A DNA stretch of 64,000 nt. Source: a virus. Under the pieces are notes generated by a model. That model was not told where the DNA came from. It searched no databases and worked only from the letters and a program-made list of their open reading frames with translations. Where the stretch lies: positions 96,001 to 160,000 of IMG/VR virus record IMGVR_UViG_3300017818_000007; one strand, written 5' to 3'. How positions within the stretch are numbered: the first letter of the stretch is position 1; every line of letters begins with the position of its first letter. Of this stretch, positions 17,946-30,400 are shown in pieces. A program made the translations under genes and the position numbers.

Positions 17946-20900
17946 ATGGCAAGTGTAGATAGACAAAATTCTCTATTAGCGAATCAGGATTGGGACAAGG
18001 TATATAAAGCCTTTGCCAACGCTGATTTTAGTTCTTATGATTTTCCTACTTTACGTAGGACGATGATCAATTATCTAAGGGCAAACTACCCAGAAGATTT
18101 CAATGATTATATTGAATCAAGCGAATACCTAGCATTGATTGATATGATTGCTTTCCTAGGTCAAAGTTTATCATACAGATTTGATTTAAATGCTAGAGAA
18201 AACTTTATTGAACTTGCAGAAAGACGTGAAAGCGTATTACGTCTAGCAAGACTAGTTGGCTATAATCCTACACGTAATCAGCCATCAAATGGGTACTTAA
18301 AAATTCTTGGTGTACAGACTACTGAGAATGTACAAGATAGTTTAGGTAATAGACTTGAAAATGTTTTTATTAATTGGAACGACGATACTAACAGCAACTG
18401 GTTAGAACAGTTTCAAGTTATTATTAATAGCACACTTGAAGGTGCTACGGTTATTGGAAAACCATCACAAGATGCTATAATTGATGGTATTAAAACAGAA
18501 CAATATAAAATTAATTCACAAAACACTGACGTTCCGCTTTATCAATTTGCTAAAACAGTCACAGGACGTTCTATGAATTTTGAAGTTGTCAGTGCTGAGA
18601 TTTATGACGACGAAGTGGTTGAAGAATCACCACAGCCAGGAAACAGACTAGGATTTTTATATAGAAACGATAAACGAGGAAACAGTTCACCTAACACAGG
18701 ATGGTTCTTCCATTTTAGACAAGGACAATTACAAAGTTCTCCGTTTACAATACTAGACCCAAGTCCAAATGAAATTGTTAACATTGATATTCCTAGTATT
18801 AACAATACAGATGTTTGGCTATGGCAATTAGATAGAAACGGTTTGCCTGCAACAGAATGGACAAAATTAAATTCTATTTACGGAAGCAATGTTATCTACA
18901 ACAGTGTTAATAAAAATATTAGAACATTGTACAATGTCACAACTAGAGATCAAGATCAAATTAGTTTAAATTTTGCAGACGGAAGTTTTGGCGATTTACC
19001 TAAAGGAAACTTTAGAGTTTATTACAGAACTTCAAATGGTTTAACTTACACAATTAGACCTGCAGATATGCAGAATATTATTTTAACAATTCCTTACTTT
19101 AATAAGAAAGGACAAGGACATACATTAACTGTACAGTTAGGATTAGAAGCAAGTTTAACAAATGCAAGTGCAACAGAAACTACTGAAGATATTAGAACTA
19201 ATGCACCGCAAAGTTATTACACACAAAATAGAATGATTACTGGAGAGGATTATAATTCATATCCTCTTACAGCAAGTAATACTGTTATTAAAGTAAAAGC
19301 AGTAAACAGAGTTAGTTCGGGTATTTCTAGACAGTTTGAAATCCAAGATCCAACAGGAAAATATAGTGCTGTTAATTTAATGGCAGATGATGGTATCATT
19401 TACAAAAATCCTTACGATAGTGATTTTAATTTTACATTTCAAACACGTAATGATATCTTAGGTGTTATTAGAAATACTATTGAGCCTATTGTTGATAGTT
19501 TACCAACTAAGGCATTTTATTATGATAAATTCCCTAGAATTATTACTAGTGATATTAATATTGATTGGGTAAGATCTACAGAATCAGGAACTGACAGTAC
19601 AGGTTATTTTAGAAATATAATTAATGGATCTCCAATTACTGTAGGTACATTTACAACAAATAACTTTAAATTTATTACACCAGATACACTTGTTAAGTTT
19701 GTTCCACCAGAAGGCAAGTACTTCTTAAGTGATGGAACACTAACAACGACTAAAACAAAAAATTCTTTAAACTATATTTGGGCAAAAGTAGTTCAAGTAA
19801 GTGGCGACGGATCTAACGGCGGTCAAGGTGAACTTGACGACGGTACTGGTCCAATTGTGTTTAGCGAAAACATTCCTTCACTTGCTGTTCCTAGTTTAGT
19901 AGTTCCAAGTATTGTGACAAACTTTCCAACAGATTTAGAATTACAATTAGTTGATTTAATTTTCAACTACAAAACGTTTGGTTTAAGATATGATCAAAAC
20001 AACAAAGAATGGAAAATTATTGTAAACGCTAATCTAAACACAAAAGATGATTTCAGTTTAGAACGCCAAGGCGATATAACAGGATCTAAACTAGATAAAA
20101 GTTGGTTTGTGTTATTTGAAACAGACGGTGAAACTTATACTATTACCTATAGAGGAATGGATTATAGATTCGAAAGCGAACAACTAATCCAGTTCTTTGT
20201 TGATAAAGGTATTAAAAAATATGATAGTGAAACAGGAAAAGTTATTAAAGACCAAATTAAAGTTTTAAAAATTAACGAAGATCCACTGTTAGATACTATT
20301 TTAGAAAAAGACTACCAGTGGGAGATTGTTGGTAGCATTTTAAATGACGACGGTTTTGAAGAAACAAATAAAATTAGAATTAATTTTTACGATTCAGACG
20401 ATGACGGAATGATTGATGATCCTGATAGTTTTGAGCAAATCGTTGCACCTGATTCTTTAGATACAAGAGGGTACAATGACAAGTTTGTATTTTTTCAAAA
20501 AACAACAAATGACGGAATATCAACAACAACTAAAATTCCTGCTTCGCAATTTTTAATTTTTGATAAAGAAGCAAGTGTATCGTCATTTACAGGAATTGAA
20601 AACGGCCAACTATTTTATTTTTATGACAGTAGAGAAGATGTTGTTAAATCATATGATGCTACATCAGGTACATTACAATTAGATACTTCATACTTTGCTC
20701 GATTTGGAAGAGACGAGTTAAAATTCCAATACAATCATAATGCACAAAACGATAGACGTCTTGATCCTGGAAAAACAAATATTATTGACTTGTATGTTTT
20801 AACAAGAGCATATGATGAAGATTATAGAATATTTGTTAACAACGGTGGTATCGAGCCTGTCAAACCAACAAGTGCAAATTTAAGACTTGAATTAGCAGGT

Positions 20901-21404
20901 GTGCTAGATGGAGTAAAATCTATTAGCGACGAGATTATATATCATGCTGTTAATTATAGACCACTATTTGGTGTAAATGCTGATGCTTCATTACAAGCAA
21001 CATTTAAGATTGTTAAAAGCGATAATAGCACAATTAGTGATAATGAAATTAAAAGTAAAGTTATTAGTGCAATAAATGATTTCTTTGCTATTGATAATTG
21101 GGACTTTGGTGAAACTTTTTATTTTACAGAGTTAGCAACTTATGTGCAACAACAAACAGCACCAGATGTTGCAAACTTTGTAATTGTTCCAAGAAGTGGA
21201 TCACAAGTATTTGGAAGTTTATATCAAATTAAATGTCGTGCAGATGAAATTTTTATTAGTACAGCCAGCGTAGACAACATTGAAATTATTGATCAAATTA
21301 CAGCAAATAATTTGAAAGCAGATGGAAATGTTGTGACATCAGTTGACAGTACTGGTTCAGTTTCTGTATCGACAAGTAGTAGTACTACAACAAGCAGTTA
21401 TTAA
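17946..21404 (+). CDS. gp6: Baseplate wedge subunit gp6-like
   Basis: SYDFPTLR..MINYLR...DFNDYIESSE..LIDM.A..GQ.L.YR.D..ARENF...A.RRESV.RLA...GY; QNRMITGEDY. Confidence 0.85.
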   Translation: MASVDRQNSLLANQDWDKVYKAFANADFSSYDFPTLRRTMINYLRANYPEDFNDYIESSEYLALIDMIAFLGQSLSYRFDLNARENFIELAERRESVLRLARLVGYNPTRNQPSNGYLKILGVQTTENVQDSLGNRLENVFINWNDDTNSNWLEQFQVIINSTLEGATVIGKPSQDAIIDGIKTEQYKINSQNTDVPLYQFAKTVTGRSMNFEVVSAEIYDDEVVEESPQPGNRLGFLYRNDKRGNSSPNTGWFFHFRQGQLQSSPFTILDPSPNEIVNIDIPSINNTDVWLWQLDRNGLPATEWTKLNSIYGSNVIYNSVNKNIRTLYNVTTRDQDQISLNFADGSFGDLPKGNFRVYYRTSNGLTYTIRPADMQNIILTIPYFNKKGQGHTLTVQLGLEASLTNASATETTEDIRTNAPQSYYTQNRMITGEDYNSYPLTASNTVIKVKAVNRVSSGISRQFEIQDPTGKYSAVNLMADDGIIYKNPYDSDFNFTFQTRNDILGVIRNTIEPIVDSLPTKAFYYDKFPRIITSDINIDWVRSTESGTDSTGYFRNIINGSPITVGTFTTNNFKFITPDTLVKFVPPEGKYFLSDGTLTTTKTKNSLNYIWAKVVQVSGDGSNGGQGELDDGTGPIVFSENIPSLAVPSLVVPSIVTNFPTDLELQLVDLIFNYKTFGLRYDQNNKEWKIIVNANLNTKDDFSLERQGDITGSKLDKSWFVLFETDGETYTITYRGMDYRFESEQLIQFFVDKGIKKYDSETGKVIKDQIKVLKINEDPLLDTILEKDYQWEIVGSILNDDGFEETNKIRINFYDSDDDGMIDDPDSFEQIVAPDSLDTRGYNDKFVFFQKTTNDGISTTTKIPASQFLIFDKEASVSSFTGIENGQLFYFYDSREDVVKSYDATSGTLQLDTSYFARFGRDELKFQYNHNAQNDRRLDPGKTNIIDLYVLTRAYDEDYRIFVNNGGIEPVKPTSANLRLELAGVLDGVKSISDEIIYHAVNYRPLFGVNADASLQATFKIVKSDNSTISDNEIKSKVISAINDFFAIDNWDFGETFYFTELATYVQQQTAPDVANFVIVPRSGSQVFGSLYQIKCRADEIFISTASVDNIEIIDQITANNLKADGNVVTSVDSTGSVSVSTSSSTTTSSY

Positions 21405-21413
21405 GGTAGATAA

Positions 21414-24400
21414 ATGGCTTTTAGTGATAGACAAGGTACGCCTGTAAACATAGAAAACAAAGATAAGTTGCGTAATAGTGCTGATCTTTTACCTATGTAT
21501 TTTCGCACAGAAACTAATAGAAAGTTTCTTGGTGCAACTGTTGATGCGTTAATTAGTAAAGGAAACTTAGATCGTCTAAATGGTTTTGTTGGCGCAAGAA
21601 ATACAGAAAATGCAAAACCAACTGATGTTTACATTCAAGAACCAACAGCAAACAGACGTCAATATAACTTCTTACCGTCAGCAGTCACAAAAAATCCTAT
21701 TGACAATTCAAATAAGTGGACAGGAACATACGACGATTTAATTAATCAAATTGATTTCTTTGGTGGAATAACTGACAATCATAACAGATTGTTTGAAGCA
21801 GACTACTTTGCATGGAATCCATTGTTTGATTTTGATAAATTTGCCAACTACAGACAGTATTATTGGTTGCCACAAGGACCAGATCCTGTATCAATTAGTG
21901 GCGATCCTGGAAACACACAAAGCGAATACTCAGTTTCTAATAGCGGAGAAAACTCATTTGTGTTTACTCCAAACGGGTTTAGTGAAAACCCAACAGTAAT
22001 TTTATACAGAGGCGGCACATATAAGTTTAAAGTAAATGCTCAAGGGCATCCTTTCTTTATTAAAACAGCCAACACAGTAGGCATTGGTGACCAATACAAC
22101 AACGGTGTTGAAAACAATGGTGCTGAACAAGGAACAATTACATTTACAGTTCCAGTTGATGCTCCAGACTTGCTTTATTATGCTTGTCAATATCATCAAA
22201 GTATGCAAGGTGTACTTGAAATTAGAAATACCTCTGATGATTTAAGTATTGATGTTGAAGAAGATATTATTAGTAAGGCAACATTTAAAAGTGCAAACGG
22301 TGTACAGTTAACAAATGGTATGAAAGTTAATTTTGTTGGAGATGTTTTACCAACAAAATACAGAAATAAAAATTGGTATGTTGAAGGTGTAGGCGAAAGT
22401 ATTGTTTTAATTGACGAAACAGAACTTGATACTCCTGAACTTTATGCTAAAAATGAAGAATATGAGTTTGATGTTGATCCGTTTGACGATACTCCTTATG
22501 ATGATACAGAAAATAGTCCTTTAACAGCAGAATATATTACAATTAATAGATCAAGTAAGGATAAAAATCCTTGGTCACGGTATAATAGATGGGTACATAA
22601 AGATGTAATTGAATTAAGTGCAGAGTATAATAATACTTCTCCTGTGCTTGATGAAAATTATAGAGCAGTAAGACCTATTATTGAATTTAAACCTAACTTA
22701 AAACTTGTAAACTTTGGTACTAATGGTATTGGTAATATTGACTTAATTGACACTGATACTAAAGATGCTATGAGTGATGTTGAAGGGTCATTTGGATACC
22801 ACGTAGACGAAGTTCTTTTACGTAAAGGTATGCGTGTTATTTTTAATGCAGATCCTGACATTACAGTAAAAGGTAAAGTATACGAAGTTGACTTTGTTGA
22901 ACATAACGGTGTTAAAAGAGTACATCTTGAAGAAGTATATGAACCGTTAGTTAATGACAGTGTTGTTGCAACATCGGGCGAAACACACCAAGGGTCAAGT
23001 TGGCACTTTGACGGTACTAGTTGGATTAATGGTCAACAAAAGACAATATTAAATCAAAGTCCTTTGTTTGATCTTTATGATAGTGCAGGTAATAGTTTTG
23101 CTGATACAGATTATTACTTTTCATCTACATTTAATGGGAATAAACTTGCAAGTTATAAGATTGGAACAGGATCAGATGACCCTGTTTTAGGATTTCCTAT
23201 TGCATATCAAAACATTAATAATGTTGGTGATATTACATTTGAGTTTAATTGGGACGACGGGTTGTTTACTTACCAAGAAGGAACAACACAAAAGACAGTT
23301 GATACTGCAAGTGGACTAGTAAAAGATTATGCTAAAGATAAGTTTATTAGTGGATGGGAACTTGTTAAAGGAAAACAAACTGTTCAACGTATTTTACAAG
23401 TAGTCGATACTGTAATTGACACTGACACTGTTGCAGTTAACGCAATTAATCAACCTCATAAGTATGATCTAGACATTGTAGTTGAATATAATGGTAAGAC
23501 ATATAAAGAAACAACAGATTTTGAAAAGGTTATTGATAGAGAAAGACAAATTTATGAACTTAAATTTAATTCTATAATTCCTCAAGGAACACGAATTACT
23601 TTAAAAATTAAAACAAATCAAAAACCAAACGAAAATGGGTTTTATGAACCGCCTATTAACTTAACTAATAATAGTGAAAACAATGATCTTAAAACATTTA
23701 CATTAGGTAGTGTTAGTGATCACTTTAAAACTATATTCCAAAACAATAGTTTTATTACAGGTAATTCTGTAGGTCCTAATAACTCTCGTGATATTAGCGA
23801 GATTCATTTAGATGGTAGCAGATATGTAAAACACAAAGGCAGTGTTTTACCTGCAATTATGTTTTTAGTTCAAGAAAATTTAAACTTTGTTAATTCAATG
23901 CGTAAAAACGCAAATGATTACAACTTCTTTAAAGATCAGTTTATTGAAAAGGCTGGAGAAATTGAAAGAACAACTAGTGTTGCAAATGATGTTGATAAAA
24001 TTTTATACGAATTAGGTTCAAATAAGATTACAACGTCTCCGTACTTCTATTCTGACATGGCTGGCTTTGGTAGAAAAGTTGAACGTTTAGAATTTGAAGT
24101 TAAAAACGGAACTCAAAATGTTTTTGCAATTAATAATGCATTTGATACAACAAAAGTAAGTGATCGTGCAGTTTATGTTTACCTAAATGATGTACAACTT
24201 TATTTAGATGCAGACTATGAGTTTGATGCAGTAGACAATACTGTCACAATTAAAAAAGAATTATCAGTTGGAGACAAAGTTAAGGTTAACGATTATGATA
24301 CAACAGGTAATGTTATTCCTCATTCTCCTACTAAATTAGGTTTATATCCAGCATATGTTCCAGAAATTTTTGTAGATAGCAGTTATATTAATCCTACAAA

Positions 24401-27400
24401 GGTAATCCAAGGACACGACGGATCAATAACAAAAGCATATAACGACGAAAGAGATGAATTAATTCTTGAATTAGAAAAAAGAATTTATAATAACCTTAAA
24501 GTAAAATACAATCGTGATGTTTTTGATATTCTTAAGGAACAACCTGGACATTATAGACCAGATGCTTATACCAGAGACGAATTTAATAAAGTTTTAAGGA
24601 CTGATTTTGGTTATTGGAAGAGTTTATTTGATGTAGATTTTGAAACTAACAATGTTTCTCAGAGCGGTGACGCATTTACATATAACTTCAACACAATGAT
24701 CAATTTACAAGATCAAAAACTTCCAGGAAACTGGAGAGCAATTTATAAAGATTATTTTGATACAGATCGCCCTCACACACATCCATGGGAAATGTTAGGT
24801 ATTACTCTTAAACCTACATGGTGGGACGAACAGTATGGTGAAGCACCATATACTAGTGGTAATAACTTGTTATGGAACGACATTGAACGCGGTTTAGTTA
24901 GAGATCCTAACGGAACAAAAATTTATCCTGCATATGCAAGACCTAATTTGTCTAAAAATTTACCTGTTGACGAATACGGTGAGTTGATTGATCCTAGCAA
25001 AATCAATATTGTAAAAGCAATTTTTATTACAGAAATTAAAAATGCTTGGAAATTTGGTGACGAAGGCCCAGCAGAAACTGCTTGGAGAAAGTCAAGTTGG
25101 TTTCCGTTTGCATTACAAGTAGCAGTAGGCTTAACAAAACCAGCACAATACTTTGGTAGTTTATTCGATGTTAACCAAAACGAAATTACACCAAGTGGAA
25201 ACGTTGTTTATGCAGATAATGGAAAAATCTTTAGTCTTAAAGAAGCAAAAATTAAAGACTTAAGATTTAACAATGAACGTTTCTTAGGTTTAGGTTATCA
25301 TGTTCCTATTGTAGAATACATTAAAAGTTTTGATAAAGATGTAAAAGAAACATTTTACGATTATCTTACAAATACATCAAGCAACTTAACATACAAGTTA
25401 GGTGGATTTGCAAACAAAAATAGATTGCGTGTATTAGCAGAAAGTTCAAATCCTAATACAGCAGATAATAGTATTTTCTTACCAAGTGAAAACTACCAAC
25501 TTACATTAAGAAAAAGTAATCCTATAAGAAATGTAAGAGTTTCAGGTATTATTGTTGAAAAAACAGCAAAAGGATTTTTAGTTAGAGGTTATGATAATAT
25601 TAAACCTTGGTTTAGCATTTATAAGCCTAAGCATGGAAAGAATGATATTGCTGTAAATGTAGGTGGCAAACAAGCAAAATTTGTTATTTGGGATTCAGAG
25701 AAGTTTTATGGAAAAGGACAGATTGTAGAATTTGGTGGAGAATATTATAGAGTTTCAATTAACCATACATCAACTGAAACTTTTGATAATAGCAAGTTTA
25801 CAAAACTTGGAGAGTTGCCGGTCACTGGCGGAACAGAAGTTGCAAAAGCAAAAGCATTTGAATCTAAAATAACTGAAGTGTCTTATGGAACAGTATATCC
25901 TAGAGCACAAGAGGTATATGACGTTATTTTAGGATATCAAGAATACCTAAAAGAACAAGGTTTTGTATTTGATATATTCCAACGTGAAACAGCAACAATT
26001 CAAGACTGGGATTTATCTGGTAGAGAGTTTTTGTATTGGACAACACAGAATTGGGCAGAAGGCAGTGTTATTTCACTAAGTCCTTTTGCAGATAGTTTAA
26101 GTTTTGAATACAAGTATGCTACTGTTGACAATGTTTTAAACAGTTTTTATGAATACAGTATCTTAAGTGCTAACGGAACTCCACTACCAAAAGACAATAT
26201 TAGTATTGTTAGAGGTTCAGGCAAGTTTAATATAACAACAAAGAATACACAACGAGGTATTTTCTTTGCTGTGTTAAATCTTGTACAATGGGAACACATT
26301 GTAGTCTTTGATGATAAGAGTCAATTTGGCGATGTGATATATGATCAAGAAGCAGGATACAGACAAAAACGTATTAAATTAGTTGGATTCAAAACAAGTG
26401 AATGGGATGGTGATTATGTAAGTCCGGGTTTTGTGTTTGACGAAGCGGTAGTAGCAGATTACATTGATGGTAAAGATTATAATCTTGGTGATGTTGTAAG
26501 ACACAAGAGTAAGTTTTACAGTGCTAAGAAGTTTTTACCAGCCACAAAAGCATTTAATTTTAGTGAATGGGTGTTTATAGGAGATAAACCTGTTGCTGAG
26601 TTATTGCCTAACTTGGACTATAAAGCAAGTTCATACGAAGATTTTTATAGTTTAGAAAGTGAAAACTTTGACAGTGAAACTACTAAACTGAGCCAACACT
26701 TAACAGGTTATCAAAAGAGATTATATCTTGATAATATGGTTAGAGATGATATTGCTCAGTATAAGTTTTATTCAGGATTTATTAAAGAAAAAGGTACAAG
26801 AAACTCTTTAGAAAAATTAAATCGTTTAACTATTGACGGAACGTCAACTGATCTAAGCATTACAGATAACTGGGCAATTAAGATTGGATCTTTAGGTAGT
26901 GGATCTACAACAAAAGAACTTGAAGTAGTTTTAAGTGAAAAAGATAATGTTGAGAATCCACAAGCATACGAATTTGTGACTGCAAAAACTTCAAATTCAG
27001 ATACAAATACTATAGAATTATTGTCAAGCGATTTAACATTAAAACCAGATAACTTTAGTGTTGATGTTTGGAAAAACTTTGATACAACACAAGACGGTGT
27101 AAGTCTTAATTCAATACAAAAAATACCAACAGCGGGTTTTGCTAGGTTAGATGATGTTGATCACACAGTGTTTAACAGTGAAGACTTGTTAACAGATACT
27201 ACACTTCCTACTTTAAATGAGGGAGCATCTGTATGGGTAGCACGTGATAAAAGTGATACATGGAACATTTATCGTTTAACTGCTAATCGTGCAAGACTAG
27301 TACAAACAGAAGATAACCAAGTGTCGGTTGATAATGGTACCATAACTTTACATACAAATATACCTCATGGATTAAAAGAAGGCGATACTATTGTTATCAA

Positions 27401-30400
27401 ACAATTTGATAATCAAATTAACGGAACACATTTAGTTAATAGTGTTTTAGGATTAACTTCTTTTACTATTACAACAGAATTATTAACTATTACACTTGCA
27501 GAAGATAGTGCTTCAGGTACAATACTAGAACTATTACCTGTTCGTGTAAGTAGTCCTGACAAGATTAATGATATTAAAGACGTAGCAGAATTTGCTGAAG
27601 GAACAAAGATATGGGCCGACGATGTTAGTGACGGTACTTGGAGAGTTTTTGAGAAAACAAAAGCATATGCTGAAAATCAAGTTCAACTTATTGCTAGTGA
27701 TGCAAAAACTTATGCTTCAACTGTAAAATACGGTGACCAAGGAAGAACTATTGTTGTTGGTAATCCAGGACAAACTGTTGAAGGTGCTGTTTTAATTCTT
27801 AGACGTAAATTTAATACGGACATTAGCACACTAGAAGGAAGTTCTGGTTTTAATATTAGTGAAAGCCTTGTAGACCAATTAGTTTCACCATCAGTACCGG
27901 CCGGTCTAGGTTCAAGTCTTAGTTTATCGCAAACAACTAATACATTAGTTGCTGGTGCTCCGTATGCTTCTTTTGTAAAAACAATTACAGATCCTGAAAA
28001 GCCAAGATTTAATACTGTTGGCTTAACAGGTACGGCTAGCAGTTATACAAAGCAAGGCGTTGTTAAACTGTCAACATATAATTCTTTAACAAACATTTAT
28101 GATCCAACACATATTATTGCAAGTCCAAGACCTGCAAACAACGAAGAATTTGGTTCAAGTGTTGCTGTAAGTGATACAAGAATGGTAGTTGGTGCTCCTG
28201 GCAGAGCAAATAACGCTGGCGGAGTATATGTTTATACAAAAGGAACAAACGGTTGGGATCTAAATGCAGAATGGGAATTAACTGCTCCATCTGATCATCC
28301 TAATGATAGATTTGGTGAAAAACTTACAGCCTCAATCGACATGAGTATACTTGCAGTTTCTGCAAGGAACAAAGAACTTGAGTCTGATAGTACAACAGTG
28401 GATACCGGTGCTGTTTACATTTACTATTGGGACGGTACAGGTTATAATTTAATTCAAACTATTGATGCAACAACAGTTGACACTCTTAGCAAATCAGATT
28501 TATTTGGATCTTCGTTGTCGTTAAGTAGAAATGGCGATGTGCTTGTTATTGGTGCACCATTAAATGATGATGACAGTATTAACCAAGGTGCTGTTTATGT
28601 ATTTGAAAGACAGACACAAGGTGACTCAACGGTTGGTTATACATATAAACAAAAACTTACAAGTCCAACTAACCTAAGTGGCGAGCAGTTTGGTAGCAAT
28701 GTTTCAGTTAACCCAGACGGTTTAAGTTTTGCAGTTGCAGGTAAAGGCGGATCGAATAGTGCTATTACTTTGTTTGATAATAACGAAACTTCTTTTGATG
28801 CTAAATCAACATCGTTTGTAGATACAGAAACAGGTACTGGTAGTGTTTATACATTTACAAAGTTAGGCACAACATATGTATTTGGACAAAAACTTTCAAG
28901 CAACGATTTACAATCAAATGATGCATTTGGTACAGGTCTCGATTTTAGTACAACAAGTTTATATGTAGGTGCACCATACTTTACATACAATGGCAACGAC
29001 ACTGGTATGCTATTTGTGTATCAGAAAGAAGCGTCAGCAGGCTGGAATACTCTAAGACAACAAGACAGTTTAACTGATCCGTTTAGTGTTGAGAAGGTAA
29101 TGACGTATCGTACAGATTCACAAACTGTTGTTGATTTCTTAGAGACTATTGATCCTATAAAAGGAAAAATACCTTACATTGCAGAAACAGAAATATCTTA
29201 TAAGAGTGCAAAAGATCCTGCAATTTACACAACAAGTGATCGTGGCCTTAATGTTGATCCAGATACAAACTGGGGTGCAACACACGTAGGACAAATTTGG
29301 TGGGATCTAAGTACTGTAAGATATGTTTGGTACGAGCAAGGCGATGTTGAATTTAGAAAAAATAACTGGGGTGGATTGTTCCCAGGGTCAACTATTGATA
29401 TTTACGAATGGGTAGAAAGCGATCTAAGTCCAGAAGAATGGAATAATATTTCAGATACAACAGAAGGTATTGCGGCAGGATTTAGTGGACAATCAAAATA
29501 CGATAACAATACTTTTGTATTAAAGCGTGTCTATGACACAGCAACAAATAACTTTGTTAATAGATATTATTATTGGGTTAAAAATAATGTACTTTTACCA
29601 CAACGTGTTAGTACACAAATTGCTGTTGGTCTAAGTGAAAAGATTGCAGTTGATACACGTCGTTTGCCTGCAAACGAAATCGCAAACGTAATTGCAGATC
29701 CTAAAGGATATGGTATCAAATCGTTGCAACTTTTAGACACTAACAGTTTTAGTCTTACCAATATTAAAACAAGTTTAAGTGATACTGACGTAAGTTTAAA
29801 TGTACAATATAAGAAAGTAAAAACTAATATTCCAAATCATAATAGTTGGTTATTATTAGATGAACAACAAAGAGACAAAATTGACAATCCATTGTTAATT
29901 AAAAAACTTTATGACAGTTTAGTAGGTTTTGATGATGCAGGTAATACAGTACCAGACTCACAACTTCCTGTACAGAAAAAATATGGTTTACAAATTAGAC
30001 CAAGACAAAGTATGTTTGTTAATAGACTGGGTGCATTAGAAACACTGTTTACATACACAAATAACTTACTTGCAAAAAGTAGAATCGTTGATGAAAAAGA
30101 TCTAAGTGGTTTATTTGAATCAGACCCTCAGCCAACACTAATTAGTGGGCGTTATGATGTTAAGGTTGATGAGTTTAATGATTTAGATAATATTAAAACA
30201 CAGGATTTAGAACAAGCAACTGCTACTGCAACTATTGTTAACGGTAGAGTTAAATCTGTAGAAATTACAAATCCTGGGTTTGGTTATGTTAATCCGCCAA
30301 ACATTGAAATTACAACAGAAGGTTGGGGAGCAAAATTCCAATCAACTATTGATGCTCAAGGAAGAGTCACATCAATTGAAGTGTTAAAAGAAGGACGAGA